Shown in pieces: positions 1 to 10,414 of a stretch of 64,000 nucleotides of DNA (its first letter is position 1; each line of letters begins with the position of its first letter). The notes beneath the pieces were generated by a model. The model was not told the origin of the DNA. It saw nothing but the letters and a program-made list of their open reading frames with translations, and did no database searches. Source of the DNA: Nitrospirota bacterium (GTDB taxonomy: Bacteria; Nitrospirota; Nitrospiria; JACQCE01); assembly GCA_016201765.1 (NCBI GenBank), contig JACQCE010000062.1, forward strand, positions 11,419 through 75,418, read 5' to 3'. The position numbers and the translations under genes were made by a program.

Positions 1-176
1 GCATTTTCTTCCGCCGTTTTTTGATCACTCGTGACATCGCAATGAGTCCCCCGTGCCGTTGCTTAAGAACGGGGGCCATTGTAGCGACTTTGCCCGGATT
101 TGGCAAGCCGGCTTCATTCGATGGGAGCCCCTCCCCGCTTCTTGACCCTTCATGACGCGGCTTCTATAATGCACCG

Positions 177-731
177 ATGGCACACCGGCCCTTCCCTCAA
201 CCCTGCCCGGGTGGTCGATTCCTTCGTCGGACAATCGTCCTGGTGGCGATGCTCTCCCTCGCCGGCGCCTCTCTCGCCTGCGCAGGCGCAAAAAAAACAT
301 TGTCGGATCAAATGCAGTGGACCGCGCGTATCGACCGCGCCATCATGGAACTGCAAACGCAACTGGCGAAATGCGACCGCCGCGGCATCGTCTCCCTGCT
401 CGCGCCGCCGCTGTCCGAGGATCAAACCTTTGCGCGCAACGTGGACGCCTTATGCGAGCGGGCCTCCGCCATCCGTCCCGAACTCACCGTCGAACGGTTG
501 TGGCTGAAAACCGCCGACACCGTTCGGGCCGATGTGCAGTGGACGTTGCGCGCGACTCTTGCCTCCACGGCCGGCACTCCCACGCCGACACCCGACCGGC
601 AGGGGGGGACCTCGACCATGGTCATGGGCACGGCCCATTTCACCCTTGTGGGCAAGGAATCGCCGCGGGTGACGGCCATTGACGGCGACAATCCCTTCGC
701 CCCTCAATTAGACCAATCCCTGCTCCCCTGA
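177..731 (+). CDS. hypothetical secreted protein (N-terminal signal peptide with RR n-region)
   Basis: Intact 184-aa ORF. Hydrophobic N-terminus RFLRRTIVLVAMLSLAGASLACAGA. No recognisable catalytic motifs. Confidence 0.4.
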   Translation: MAHRPFPQPCPGGRFLRRTIVLVAMLSLAGASLACAGAKKTLSDQMQWTARIDRAIMELQTQLAKCDRRGIVSLLAPPLSEDQTFARNVDALCERASAIRPELTVERLWLKTADTVRADVQWTLRATLASTAGTPTPTPDRQGGTSTMVMGTAHFTLVGKESPRVTAIDGDNPFAPQLDQSLLP

Positions 732-738
732 TGCGCCC

Positions 739-2433
739 ATGACGCCCCGCAGACCGACAACGGAGCACACGCGCATCCAGCACCGACACATCGATTTTCT
801 GGTCATCGGCCGCGGCATCGCCGGTCTGCGGGCCGCCATCGAACTGGCCTCGCGGGGCACCGTGCTCGTGGTCAGCAAACGGCCGGCGGATGAGCCCTGG
901 CGCCGTTCTCCCCTCCCCCGCCTGATCGATCAGGGCAGCAGCGAGTATGCGCAAGGGGGAATCGCCGCGGCGCTGGGGGGCGACGACAGCGCGGCGCGAC
1001 ACTATCGCGACACGATTCTGGCCGGCCGTGGTCTCTGTTCCCCCAAGGCCGTTGATGTGTTGGTGACGGACGGCCTCCGGCGCGTGAAAGAACTCATCCG
1101 CTGGGGCGTCCCGTTCGCCAGAACCGGTCGCACGCTGCACTTCGCCCGCGAATCCGCCCACAGTCGGCGGCGGATCCTCCATGCCCGCGGAGACGCCACG
1201 GGGGAAGCCATCCTCCAGTCGCTCCTCCACCGGCTCCGCCAATGTCCGACGGTCCGCTTCTTCAATCACCATTTCACCATTGATCTCCTGGTGAACGACG
1301 GCCGGTGCTCGGGCGCGCTGGTACAGGACGAATCGGACGGCGCCCTGATCGCCATCTCGGCCAAGGCGGTCATCCTCGCCACCGGCGGCGCCGGCCAGCT
1401 CTACACGCGCACCACCAACCCGACCGTCTGCACCGGCGACGGCATGGCCATGGCCTACCGGGCCGGCGCCACACTGTGCGATCTGGAGTTTGTGCAGTTC
1501 CATCCGACGGCGCTCGCCATGGAAACGGCGCCGGCCTTTCTCATCACCGAAGCGATCCGGGGGGAGGGGGCCGTGCTGTTGAATGCGCCGGGCCGGCAGC
1601 GGGGCGGGCGGCGGTTCCTGTTCGATTACCATCGGGCCGGAGAACTCGCCCCCCGCGATCTGGTCGCGCGGGCGATCTGGCTGGAGATGGCGCGCAGCCG
1701 ACGGCCCTGCGTCTGGCTGGATGCCACCCATTTTGATCCTGACTACCTGCGCGGCCGCTTTCCCACCGTCTATGCCGCCTGCCTGCGCTACGGCGCGGAC
1801 ATGACCAAGGAGGCGATTCCGGTCAGTCCGGCCGCTCATTTTTTCATGGGGGGCGTCGTGACCGACACCAACGGAGCGTCGACCATCCCCGGGTTGTACG
1901 CCGCCGGCGAGGTCGCCTGCAGCGGCGTGCACGGCGCCAACCGCCTGGCCAGCAACTCGCTGCTGGAAGGGCTGGTCTTCGGCTGGCGCTCAGCGCGCTC
2001 GGCCCTGGCGCGGTGCGGCCGGCTCCAACCGGCGCGGCCATCGGTCCAACGGAGGCTGGCCGCCGCCGCGATCGACCGGGTGAACGCGTCGGGTTCCGTG
2101 CCGTCCCCCGAACGGCTGTCCGCCATGCGGCGGGAACTTCAGGCCCTGATGTGGCGGCAGGTGGGCGTGATCAGAACGGAAACCTCGCTGGAGCAGGCCA
2201 TGGCCGGGATCGACAGGCTTCAGGCACACGCAGCGGGCACACCACACGACCGGCCCGGCTTGGAACTGCGGAACTTGCTGGAACTCGGCGCATTGGTCGC
2301 CCGGTCCGCCTGGCAACGGCGCGGCAGCATCGGTTCTCACTATCGGTCGGACTATCCAACCAAGGGCCGCGGGTGGAGGCGCCACCACACCGTGCGGAGC
2401 CCCACCGGCTCAACCGGCGGGGCGGAGTCCTGA
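739..2433 (+). CDS. nadB: L-aspartate oxidase
   Basis: FAD-binding GxGxAG (VIGRGIAGL). Conserved flavoprotein motifs GGIAAALG, RHYRDT, TGDGMAMAYRAGA, FVQFHPTAL and EAIRGEGA, typical of the NadB/SdhA family. Length 564 aa. Confidence 0.85.
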   Translation: MTPRRPTTEHTRIQHRHIDFLVIGRGIAGLRAAIELASRGTVLVVSKRPADEPWRRSPLPRLIDQGSSEYAQGGIAAALGGDDSAARHYRDTILAGRGLCSPKAVDVLVTDGLRRVKELIRWGVPFARTGRTLHFARESAHSRRRILHARGDATGEAILQSLLHRLRQCPTVRFFNHHFTIDLLVNDGRCSGALVQDESDGALIAISAKAVILATGGAGQLYTRTTNPTVCTGDGMAMAYRAGATLCDLEFVQFHPTALAMETAPAFLITEAIRGEGAVLLNAPGRQRGGRRFLFDYHRAGELAPRDLVARAIWLEMARSRRPCVWLDATHFDPDYLRGRFPTVYAACLRYGADMTKEAIPVSPAAHFFMGGVVTDTNGASTIPGLYAAGEVACSGVHGANRLASNSLLEGLVFGWRSARSALARCGRLQPARPSVQRRLAAAAIDRVNASGSVPSPERLSAMRRELQALMWRQVGVIRTETSLEQAMAGIDRLQAHAAGTPHDRPGLELRNLLELGALVARSAWQRRGSIGSHYRSDYPTKGRGWRRHHTVRSPTGSTGGAES

Positions 2434-2502
2434 GCGAGTCCACGGCCGTACGGCCGTGACGAGCCGAAGGGTCGCGCGAAACAAACTGGTTGGTACCTAG
2501 GG

Positions 2503-3225
2503 TTAGGGTGACGCAAGGATGGGACGCACCGGCGCATTCGTCAACAGAATGGCGCCGTCCGGAGTGATGACGCGCCGCACCGGACGCGAGACCGCGGCAG
2601 GCGACCGGCGCAGATAATCCCGATAATAGGTCAACACACGCTGCACATATTGGCGGGTTTCTTCGATCGCCGGAATACCGCCCGCGGCCTCAACCCGCAA
2701 CGCTCCGGCGTTGTAGGCGGCGACCGCCAGCGGAATGTTTCCGTCAAACCGGTCGAGCAGATCACGAAGATGGCGGACGCCGCCGAGAATATTGGCGGCC
2801 GGGTCGAATGGATCCTCCACCGCCAGCAGTTCCGCAGTCGCCGGCATCAGCTGCATGAGTCCCTGGGCGCCGGCCGGGGAAACGGCATAGGCGTCGAAAT
2901 CCGATTCCGCCTTGATGACGGCCTTGATCAAGCCGGCTTCAATCTCATACTGACGGGCCGCTTCCGCCACCAAACGGTTCAGGGTGCGCGGTGAAACGGT
3001 GGAGGAAGGAAACGCGCTCCTCAGCCGCGAGGAATCGGCGGGTCGCAATGGACGGAACCGGGGGTCGGTCGGCACGTTGGTAAAATGCACCACCCCCTGC
3101 GCGTCAACAAAATGGTAGACGTCGGAGGCGGCCACGGCCGGCGAGGACCACAACCAGCCCGCCCCTCCCAGCACGCCCCCCGCCACGCAGGCGAAGAGTC
3201 CACGCATCACCCGGCTGCGCTGCAT
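2503..3225 (-). CDS. lytic transglycosylase (SLT domain) with signal peptide
   Basis: SLT catalytic motif ES...GAQGLMQLMPATA...AYNAG. N-terminal signal sequence. Confidence 0.75.
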   Translation of the reverse strand: MQRSRVMRGLFACVAGGVLGGAGWLWSSPAVAASDVYHFVDAQGVVHFTNVPTDPRFRPLRPADSSRLRSAFPSSTVSPRTLNRLVAEAARQYEIEAGLIKAVIKAESDFDAYAVSPAGAQGLMQLMPATAELLAVEDPFDPAANILGGVRHLRDLLDRFDGNIPLAVAAYNAGALRVEAAGGIPAIEETRQYVQRVLTYYRDYLRRSPAAVSRPVRRVITPDGAILLTNAPVRPILASP

Positions 3226-3283
3226 GGGCTGAGAATAGCAACGAAAACAGCGCTTGTCAAACGGGGAAAAGAGACTAAAAAAT

Positions 3284-3370
3284 GGTGGCTAGGTCGCTAG
3301 GTGGTTAGGTGGCAAGGAGAACAAAAACGGTTTTCCTAGCTACCCAGCTACCTCACTACCCAGCCACCTT
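3284..3370. repeat. imperfect palindromic array of degenerate 8-bp units (GGTGGCTAGGT family), copy 1
   Basis: Left arm ggtggctaggtcgctaggtggttaggtggcaagg. AT-rich centre. Right arm tagctacccagctacctcactacccagccacc is approximately its reverse complement. Nested inside an outer inverted repeat CTTGTCAAACGG / AAATTGACAAG. Confidence 0.55.
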
Positions 3371-3382
3371 GTTACGCAGAAA

Positions 3383-3412
3383 TTGACAAGTCTGTTTGAA
3401 AACTTTTATACT
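3383..3412 (+). promoter_or_regulatory. sigma70-like promoter (TTGACA-N18-TATACT) for hsp20-clpB
   Basis: TTGACA at 3383-3388 and TATACT at 3407-3412, about 75 nt upstream of the hsp20 start, directly after the palindromic element. Confidence 0.35.
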
Positions 3413-3487
3413 TTTTTCAAAAGGATATCAACTCGAACACCCACCGGCACACCCCGGGGCTCACCGGGGTCAGCAAGGGGATGAGGC

Positions 3488-3934
3488 ATGGGACGCGGAC
3501 CGTCAGACCCGTTTCGGGATCTCTTGTCGCTGCAAGAGCGCATGAATCAGTTGTTCGAGGAGAGCGCCCGGCGGAGCGGACTGCGACCGCACGTTGATGA
3601 ATGGGCCCCGCTGGTCGACATTCTGGACACCGATGACGCCATTATTTTGACCGCGGAAGTCCCGGGACTGGAGATCGGCGACATTACCCTTGAAGTGACC
3701 AATCACTATCTGACACTCCGCGGCGAACGTCTCTTCCCGCACAGCGACGGCAACGTCCACTACCACCAGCTGGAACGCGCATACGGAAAATTTGAACGGC
3801 TGTTCCATCTGCCCGAGGAAGTCGATCAGGGCCGGATCAACGCGACGCTGCGCGACGGCGTGCTGGAAATCGCGCTGCCCAAGCAACCGTCCCAACGCGC
3901 CTACACGATCCCCGTGCAGTCGCCGGAACCGTAG
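3488..3934 (+). CDS. small heat shock protein, Hsp20/alpha-crystallin family
   Basis: Alpha-crystallin domain motifs (VDILDTDDAIILTAEVPGL...GVLEIALPK). 148 aa. RBS GGGGATGAGG precedes the ATG. Confidence 0.85.
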   Translation: MGRGPSDPFRDLLSLQERMNQLFEESARRSGLRPHVDEWAPLVDILDTDDAIILTAEVPGLEIGDITLEVTNHYLTLRGERLFPHSDGNVHYHQLERAYGKFERLFHLPEEVDQGRINATLRDGVLEIALPKQPSQRAYTIPVQSPEP

Positions 3935-3961
3935 CCGCATCGCCGCAATCCAACCGGCACC

Positions 3962-6610
3962 ATGCGCCCCGACCAGCTCACCGTCAAAGCCCAGGAAGCA
4001 CTGCAGAGCGCCCAACAGACCGCCGAGCGCCGGGGGCATCAACAACTTGACGTCGAGCATCTTCTTCTGGCGCTCGTCCAGCAGCGTGACGGCCTGATCC
4101 CTCCCCTGCTCAAGAAGTTGGGCGTTGTTCCGGAATCGCTCGCCGCCCAATTGGAACAGTCACTTGAGCGCGTTCCCGGTGTCTCCGGCGCAGCCGCACC
4201 ATTGTCGGCGGCCCCCCGGTTGACGACCCTCTTCAGCCAGGCGGAGCGCGAAGCGGATCAGCTCAAGGATGACTACATCAGCACCGAACACCTGCTGCTG
4301 GCGGCGATGGAGAGCGGCGGAGCGGCGGACGCGCTGTTGAAGGAACAGGGCGTGACGAGGGACCGGCTGCTCAAAACACTGGCGGAGCTGCGCGGCTCGC
4401 AACGGGTGACCGATCAGAATCCGGAAGACAAGTACCAGGCGCTGGAACGGTACGGCCGGGACCTGACGGCGCTCGCCCGCCGGGGCAAACTCGATCCGGT
4501 CATTGGACGCGATGAAGAAATCCGCCGGGTCATTCAAGTCCTCTCCCGCCGGACGAAGAACAATCCGGTTCTCATCGGCGAGCCCGGCGTGGGGAAAACC
4601 GCCATCGCGGAGGGGCTGGCACAACGGGTGGTGGCCGGCGACGTGCCGGAAGGGCTCAAAGACCGGCGCGTGGTCGCGCTCGACATGGGCGCGCTGCTGG
4701 CCGGCGCCAAGTTCCGCGGCGAATTCGAAGAACGGTTCAAGGCCGTCATCAAGGAGGTCGTCGATTCGCAGGGGCAGGTGATCCTTTTCATCGACGAACT
4801 CCACACGCTGATCGGCGCGGGGGCCGCCGAAGGCGCCATCGACGCCTCCAACATGATCAAACCGGCCCTGGCGCGCGGCGAACTCCGCTGCGTGGGCGCC
4901 ACGACGCTGAACGAATACCGGCTGCACATCGAAAAGGACGCCGCCCTCGAACGGCGCTTCCAGCCCGTGCTGGTGAAGGAGCCCGACGTCGAGGAGACGA
5001 TCTCGATCCTCCGCGGGCTGAAGGAGCGGTATGAAGTCCACCACGGCGTGCGCATTCACGACGCCGCGCTGATCGCGGCCGCCACGCTGTCCCATCGCTA
5101 CATCTCCGACCGGTTCCTGCCCGACAAGGCCATCGATCTCATTGATGAAGCCGCCGCCAAGCTCCGGATGGAAATCGACAGCATGCCGTCGGAGTTGGAC
5201 GAAATCGAACGGCGCATCCGTCAATTGGAAATCGAGCGGCAGGCGATGACCAAGGAAACCGCGGCCTACGCCAAGGAACGGCTCGCCAAACTGGCCCAGG
5301 AACTGGGCGATCTGCAGGAGCGCTCCACACGGCTGAAGCTGCAATGGCAGCGGGAAAAAGAGGCCATCCAGGCCATTCGTGAACTGAAAAGCCGGATCGA
5401 ACAGACCAAAACCGCGGCGGAGCGGGCCGAGCGGGAGGCGGATCTGGCCAAGGCCGCCGAATTGCGCTACGGCCGCCTGACGGAGCTGGCCAAGGAATTG
5501 GAGATGAAAAATCGCCACCTGCAGGAGTTGCAAAAGGACCAGCGCCTGTTGAAGGAGGAGGTGGACGCCGAGGATATCGCGAAGATCGTCTCCAAATGGA
5601 CGGGCGTGCAGGTCTCGCGGTTGCTGGAAGGCGATCTGCAGAAGCTCATTCACATGGAAGAGCGGTTAAAAGCCCGGGTCGTGGGACAGGACGAGGCCGT
5701 CTCGGCGGTCTCCACCGCGGTCCGCAGGGCCCGGGCCGGGCTGCAGGATCCAAACCGGCCGCTGGGCTCATTCCTCTTTCTCGGCCCGACCGGCGTGGGC
5801 AAGACCGAACTGGCCCGCGCGCTGGCCGAATTTCTCTTCGATCATGAGCAGGCGATGATCCGGATTGACATGTCCGAATACATGGAGAAGCACGCGGTGG
5901 CGCGGCTCATCGGCTCCCCGCCGGGCTACGTGGGATTCGAAGAAGGGGGCCAGCTCACCGAAGCCGTGCGCCGCAAGCCCTACTCGGTGATTCTGTTCGA
6001 TGAGATCGAAAAAGCCCACCCGGACGTCTTTAATCTACTGCTGCAAGTCCTGGATGACGGCCGGCTGACCGACAGCCACGGCCGGACGGTCAACTTCAAG
6101 AACACCGTCATCATCATGACGTCGAACATCGCCAGCCAGGACATCCAGGAGCTGTCGGGCCGCGACGAGGCCGCGCTGCGCGCCAAGGTCATGGCGGCGC
6201 TGCGGGTCAACTTCCGCCCGGAGTTTCTCAACCGGATCGATGACATGATCATCTTCCACACGCTGGCGCCCGAGCAACTCCGCGCCATTGTCGAGATCCA
6301 GCTCCAGCGCGTCCGCAAGCAACTGGAGGAGAAACAGATCCGCCTGCAGTTGACCGACGCCGCCAAGGACGTGCTGGCGCGCGAAGGGTACGATCCGGTC
6401 TTCGGCGCCAGACCGCTCAAACGGGTCATTCAACGCGACCTGCTCAATCCCCTCTCCATCCGCCTGCTGGACGGCACGGTCAAGGAGGGCGACACCGTCT
6501 CGATAGACGTGAAGAACGGGGCGCTGCAGTTCATCTCCGGCGCCTCGCCCGCGTCACCGTCCCGCACATCGCCGCGAACCGCGCGCACATCGGCCCAGAC
6601 ATCGGATTGA
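3962..6610 (+). CDS. clpB: ATP-dependent chaperone ClpB
   Basis: Two AAA+ modules with Walker A GEPGVGKT and GPTGVGKT, a long coiled-coil middle domain, and an N-terminal Clp_N repeat. 882 aa. Only 27 nt downstream of hsp20. Confidence 0.95.
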   Translation: MRPDQLTVKAQEALQSAQQTAERRGHQQLDVEHLLLALVQQRDGLIPPLLKKLGVVPESLAAQLEQSLERVPGVSGAAAPLSAAPRLTTLFSQAEREADQLKDDYISTEHLLLAAMESGGAADALLKEQGVTRDRLLKTLAELRGSQRVTDQNPEDKYQALERYGRDLTALARRGKLDPVIGRDEEIRRVIQVLSRRTKNNPVLIGEPGVGKTAIAEGLAQRVVAGDVPEGLKDRRVVALDMGALLAGAKFRGEFEERFKAVIKEVVDSQGQVILFIDELHTLIGAGAAEGAIDASNMIKPALARGELRCVGATTLNEYRLHIEKDAALERRFQPVLVKEPDVEETISILRGLKERYEVHHGVRIHDAALIAAATLSHRYISDRFLPDKAIDLIDEAAAKLRMEIDSMPSELDEIERRIRQLEIERQAMTKETAAYAKERLAKLAQELGDLQERSTRLKLQWQREKEAIQAIRELKSRIEQTKTAAERAEREADLAKAAELRYGRLTELAKELEMKNRHLQELQKDQRLLKEEVDAEDIAKIVSKWTGVQVSRLLEGDLQKLIHMEERLKARVVGQDEAVSAVSTAVRRARAGLQDPNRPLGSFLFLGPTGVGKTELARALAEFLFDHEQAMIRIDMSEYMEKHAVARLIGSPPGYVGFEEGGQLTEAVRRKPYSVILFDEIEKAHPDVFNLLLQVLDDGRLTDSHGRTVNFKNTVIIMTSNIASQDIQELSGRDEAALRAKVMAALRVNFRPEFLNRIDDMIIFHTLAPEQLRAIVEIQLQRVRKQLEEKQIRLQLTDAAKDVLAREGYDPVFGARPLKRVIQRDLLNPLSIRLLDGTVKEGDTVSIDVKNGALQFISGASPASPSRTSPRTARTSAQTSD

Positions 6611-6620
6611 CACGCACGCC

Positions 6621-6660
6621 GCGCCTGTGCTAATCACTGAACAGGCGCGAGCCGTTTTGC
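6621..6660 (+). terminator. putative hairpin terminator after clpB
   Basis: Stem GCGCCTGT / ACAGGCGC with a 12-nt loop, followed by a weak T-run (gagccgttttg). Confidence 0.3.
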
Positions 6661-6760
6661 AGATTTCATCCGTCATTCGATCGCAGGAACGCGACTTCTC
6701 GCACCGGCAAGACACGACACATCACAACCGTCACGCACCAATTCCCATCGCCACGACGCC

Positions 6761-7399
6761 ATGGCCACACTTCATATTATCCTGATCAGTGATGATCATG
6801 CGTTGATCCAGGGCGTGCGCGACCGTTTTGGTCATGCGGCCAAGGTCACCGTCCTGCACCGGTTGAAGCACCGCCTGCCCAAAACGACACCGCAGGAAGG
6901 ATCCGTTCTGTTTCTGATCGAAACATTGCACGCATCCGCACCCAGGCTGGCGAAATTGCTCCGCGCGGCTCACGGCGGGACCCCACCCTACATCGTCATC
7001 GGGACGGCCGCTCAATTGATCCGGGCCTGTGACCGGTTGCGATCGCTGCCGGCTGACGGCGGCCAGGAGGCCCTGGGGATGCCCATCGGCGCGTTAAATG
7101 GCGCACATGGGAATGGATCAGGCGGAAACGCCGCGGAGAAATTCTTTCACTCAAACGAGTTAGATTTGTCGCTTGGCGATTTTATGGAACGGAAATTTCA
7201 TGAATTTGTCAGAAAAATCAAACTCAGCGGCGGCAAAAATCTCTTTCAACTGCTGCGCCACGAATTTGAAAAACCCCTGATCACGCTCACGTTGAAGGAA
7301 ACCAAACATAATCAGGTGCAAGCCGCTGAATTACTGGGCATGAACCGCAACACACTCAGAAAAAAAATCAAAGAACTGAAAATTCCGGTCAAACGATAA
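6761..7399 (+). CDS. Fis-family HTH domain protein (atypical receiver-like N-terminus)
   Basis: C-terminal Fis/NtrC-type HTH (QVQAAELLGMNRNTLRKKIKELKI). N-terminus ILISDDHALIQGV resembles a receiver-domain start. Confidence 0.5.
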   Translation: MATLHIILISDDHALIQGVRDRFGHAAKVTVLHRLKHRLPKTTPQEGSVLFLIETLHASAPRLAKLLRAAHGGTPPYIVIGTAAQLIRACDRLRSLPADGGQEALGMPIGALNGAHGNGSGGNAAEKFFHSNELDLSLGDFMERKFHEFVRKIKLSGGKNLFQLLRHEFEKPLITLTLKETKHNQVQAAELLGMNRNTLRKKIKELKIPVKR

Positions 7400-7409
7400 C
7401 TCTTTTCTC

Positions 7410-7438
7410 TTGACTTCACCCAAACCGGCTGCTATCCT
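7410..7438 (+). promoter_or_regulatory. sigma70-like promoter TTGACT-N17-TATCCT upstream of HU
   Basis: Hexamers at 7410-7415 and 7433-7438. Confidence 0.4.
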
Positions 7439-7524
7439 ACGGCGGTCTTTCCGGCAATTACCGACGATGTAAACTCCGGTATTCATACAACGCCACACGA
7501 TTTTTATTGTCAAAGGATGCCCCC

Positions 7525-7797
7525 ATGACAAAAGCCGAATTAGTCAAACGCATTGCTTCTTCCGCCTCCATTCCCGATGTCACCGCCGCCAAGGCGCTCA
7601 CCGCCACGCTCGAAGGCATCACCGGGGCGCTCAAGCGCGGACAAAAAGTGGCACTGGTCGGTTTTGGCACGTTTTCCGTGGCCAAACGGCAGGCTAGGAA
7701 CGGGCGCAACCCCAGAACAGGCCAATCGATCAACATTCCGGCCGCCCGCGTCCCCCGTTTCAGCCCTGGCAAAGACCTCAAAAGCGCCATCCGGTAG
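7525..7797 (+). CDS. DNA-binding protein HU/IHF family
   Basis: MTKAELVKRIA...GFGTFSVAKRQARNGRNPRTGQSINIPAARVPRFSPGK is the classic HU beta-arm signature. ATG at 7525 is preceded by AAGGA. The ORF-track start at 7507 is a TTG. Confidence 0.85.
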   Translation: MTKAELVKRIASSASIPDVTAAKALTATLEGITGALKRGQKVALVGFGTFSVAKRQARNGRNPRTGQSINIPAARVPRFSPGKDLKSAIR

Positions 7798-7862
7798 CTT
7801 TTTTCTCTTCCGGTCGGGCCTGCAGCAGCCCGCCTCCAGCCCCGTCGTAAGCCGTGCCTTGC

Positions 7863-7892
7863 TTGACAAGCGGAAGAACTTTCGGCTAGGAT
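7863..7892 (+). promoter_or_regulatory. sigma70-like promoter TTGACA-N17-TAGGAT
   Basis: Hexamers at 7863-7868 and 7887-7892. It would drive the about 250-nt structured leader and tRNA-Val. Confidence 0.35.
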
Positions 7893-8150
7893 TTCGGCGA
7901 CATCCAACAGGTTGAAATGCTTCATTGTTGGATGCGCATGGCCGCTCAAAAAGCTCCAGCATCTGCCGATAGACAGCAGCGCGGCAGCCTGGGTTCTTTG
8001 AGCAGATCGGGCAGCGTCAATGCACAATCTGCTCAAAAAGCCCCGGATGCGAGGCCGCAGGGAGCGAAGCAACCGGAGTGTACTGTGTCGTACATGAGGA
8101 TTGCTGAGCGACCGAGCACGACGCAGGCGGGGATTTTTCAGCAGATTGTC

Positions 8151-8225
8151 AGGCGCGTAGCTCAGGGGTAGAGCGCTACCTTGACACGGTAGAGGTCGGC
8201 GGTTCGAGACCGCCCGTGCCTACCA
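8151..8225 (+). tRNA. tRNA-Val (anticodon GAC), CCA encoded
   Basis: Cloverleaf by eye. Acceptor AGGCGCG/CGTGCCT. D-arm AGCTCAGGGGTAGAGC. Anticodon stem CTACC/GGTAG with loop TTGACAC. T-arm GGCGG-TTCGAGA-CCGCC. Discriminator A plus CCA. Confidence 0.9.
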
Positions 8226-8396
8226 GGTTTCGTTTACGGCACTGCCCGCAGTACCAGGGCATCACATGGAGGAAGAGTCAGCGCACAGACCGTTCAGGCG
8301 CTTCGAAGGCGCGCTTGAGGCATTCAGCCGGCAGCCCGACAACGCCCCCGTCTCACGCAGCCTCTCAGTACTCGACTCATCGTGCGATCGTCCATC

Positions 8397-10385
8397 ATGT
8401 CATCAACCCGCCAGGGCTCATCAGATCACGCCCAGGATCAAATCAGCATCACGCTCAACGACCACGGGGCGACCCAGACGCTGACCTGCCCCCGGGGGAT
8501 CACGGGCACCGACCTCCTCTCCCGCGCCGCCGGAAAAACCGGGACGCCATCCGCCCCATTTGCCCCCTTTGCCATGAAAGTCAACGGCGAGTTGAAGGAT
8601 CTGCCCACACCATTGATACAGAACGCCACGGTGGAATGGCTGACGTTCGACTCCCCGGAGGGCAAGGAAGTCTACCGTCACAGTTCGGCCCATCTGCTGG
8701 CCCAGGCCGTCAAACGCCTGTTTCCCGGGGCCAAGCTGGCCATCGGCCCGCCGATCGAAGAGGGCTTCTACTACGACATCGACTACGAGCGCCCCTTCAC
8801 GCCGGACGATCTCGCCAAACTGGAGGCGGCCATCAATGATGTGATTCAGGCCGACCTGCCCATCACGCGGCACGAACTGCCCAGCGCCAAAGCGGTGGAA
8901 TTCTTCACCCAACGGCAGGAACCCTACAAGGTGGAGTTGATCCGGGATTTTCAGGTGCCGACGGTCAGCTACTATGAGCAGGGTGATTTTATCGACCTGT
9001 GCGAAGGCCCTCACCTGCCCAGCACCGGCCGGATGGGCGCCATCAAACTCCTCTCGGTGGCCGGCGCCTACTGGCGGGGCGACGAAAAGAAGCCGATGCT
9101 GCAGCGGATCTACGGCACCTCCTTCCCCACGGCGGACGCGCTGCAGGCGCATCTGACCAGGCTTGAGCAGCTCAAACAGCGCGATCACCGCAAGCTGGGG
9201 CGCGAACTGGACCTGTTCAGCATCCAGGAGACGATCGGGCCGGGGCTGATCCTCTGGCACCCGAAGGGCGCGGCAATCCGGCAGCAAATAGAAGCCTTCT
9301 GGAAGCGGCTGCACGAGGAGCACGGCTATCAATTCGTCTACACCCCGCACGTCGCCCGACTCGATTTGTGGAAGACGAGCGGCCACGTGGACTTTTACCG
9401 CGAGAACATGTTCCCGCCGATGGAGATCGAAGGGGCCGATTACGAATTGAAGCCGATGAACTGCCCGTTCCATCTGCTGATCTATCAGTCCCATCTGCGC
9501 AGCTACCGGGACCTGCCGATCCGTTTTGCCGAGCTGGGCACGGTCTATCGGTTCGAACGGTCCGGCGTGCTGCACGGCCTGCTGCGGGTGCGCGGCTTCA
9601 CCCAGGATGACGCGCACATCTTCTGCCGGCCCGACCAGGTGGAGGAGGAGATCAGCCGCGTGCTCGAATTGACGACCACGCTGCTCGGCGCGTTTGGTTT
9701 CCACGACTACGACATTTATCTCTCGACCAGGCCGGAGCACTACGTCGGGACGCTGGAGCACTGGGAAGCGGCCACCTCCGCCCTCTCGACCGCGTTGACC
9801 CGGCGGAGACTGGCCTATCAGATCGACCCCGGCGAAGGCGTCTTCTACGGCCCCAAAATCGACATCAAGGTCAAGGACCTGTTCGGCCGGGCGTGGCAAT
9901 GCGCCACGGTGCAGGTTGATTTCAATCTCCCCGAGCGGTTCACGCTGGCCTACCGGGGCGAGGACAGCCGGGAACACGCGCCGATCATGATCCACCGCGC
10001 GCTCATGGGCTCGCTGGAGCGCTTTTTCGGCATTCTGATCGAGCACTACGGCGGCGCCTTCCCCACCTGGCTGGCCCCCGTGCAGGCCATGGTCATCCCC
10101 ATCAGCGAAGCGCAGGCCGCCTACGCCGAGTCGATCGCCGAGCGACTCCGGGCCCGGCAGATCCGGGTTGAGATAGACCGGCGGAATGAGAAAATGGGGT
10201 TGAAGATTCGCGAGGCGCAACTGCAAAAAATTCCCTATATGATTGTGGTCGGCGGCCGGGAGCAGGAACAACAGACCGTCTCGCTCCGTTTACGCAGCGG
10301 CGAACAGATCGCCGCCTTGTCCGTCGATGCGTTGCTCGACCGCCTCTCACGCGAGATCGCGGAACGCGGACCGTCGACCGCCTGA
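8397..10385 (+). CDS. thrS: threonine--tRNA ligase
   Basis: TGS and second additional domains, class II core motifs (HRALMGSLERF, FRPEF-like), anticodon-binding C-terminus. About 660 aa. Start at ATG 8397 is preferred over GTG 8382. Confidence 0.9.
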   Translation: MSSTRQGSSDHAQDQISITLNDHGATQTLTCPRGITGTDLLSRAAGKTGTPSAPFAPFAMKVNGELKDLPTPLIQNATVEWLTFDSPEGKEVYRHSSAHLLAQAVKRLFPGAKLAIGPPIEEGFYYDIDYERPFTPDDLAKLEAAINDVIQADLPITRHELPSAKAVEFFTQRQEPYKVELIRDFQVPTVSYYEQGDFIDLCEGPHLPSTGRMGAIKLLSVAGAYWRGDEKKPMLQRIYGTSFPTADALQAHLTRLEQLKQRDHRKLGRELDLFSIQETIGPGLILWHPKGAAIRQQIEAFWKRLHEEHGYQFVYTPHVARLDLWKTSGHVDFYRENMFPPMEIEGADYELKPMNCPFHLLIYQSHLRSYRDLPIRFAELGTVYRFERSGVLHGLLRVRGFTQDDAHIFCRPDQVEEEISRVLELTTTLLGAFGFHDYDIYLSTRPEHYVGTLEHWEAATSALSTALTRRRLAYQIDPGEGVFYGPKIDIKVKDLFGRAWQCATVQVDFNLPERFTLAYRGEDSREHAPIMIHRALMGSLERFFGILIEHYGGAFPTWLAPVQAMVIPISEAQAAYAESIAERLRARQIRVEIDRRNEKMGLKIREAQLQKIPYMIVVGGREQEQQTVSLRLRSGEQIAALSVDALLDRLSREIAERGPSTA

Positions 10386-10414
10386 CCCCATCCCTCACAC
10401 GAAAGGAGCCGCGT

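Noticed and set aside
25-507. Overlapping short ORFs at the window start (25..300 minus, 100..507 plus)
   Set aside because: Mutually overlapping, no RBS or motifs. The 177..731 ORF with a clear signal peptide is the better model.
640-1932. 430-aa ORF antisense to nadB. The same pattern occurs antisense to clpB (4160..5653), thrS (8421..10271), pheS/pheT (12293..14464), bd-like oxidase (42658..44448), uvrB (58641..60188) and GGDEF (60378..62516).
   Set aside because: Long open frames opposite well-supported genes are expected at about 65% GC. They have Arg/Gly/Pro/Ala-rich composition and no motifs.
7917-8171. 84-aa ORF between the HU gene and tRNA-Val
   Set aside because: No RBS, low-complexity Ala/Gln/Ser/Arg composition, overlaps the tRNA. 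The region is better explained as a structured RNA leader.
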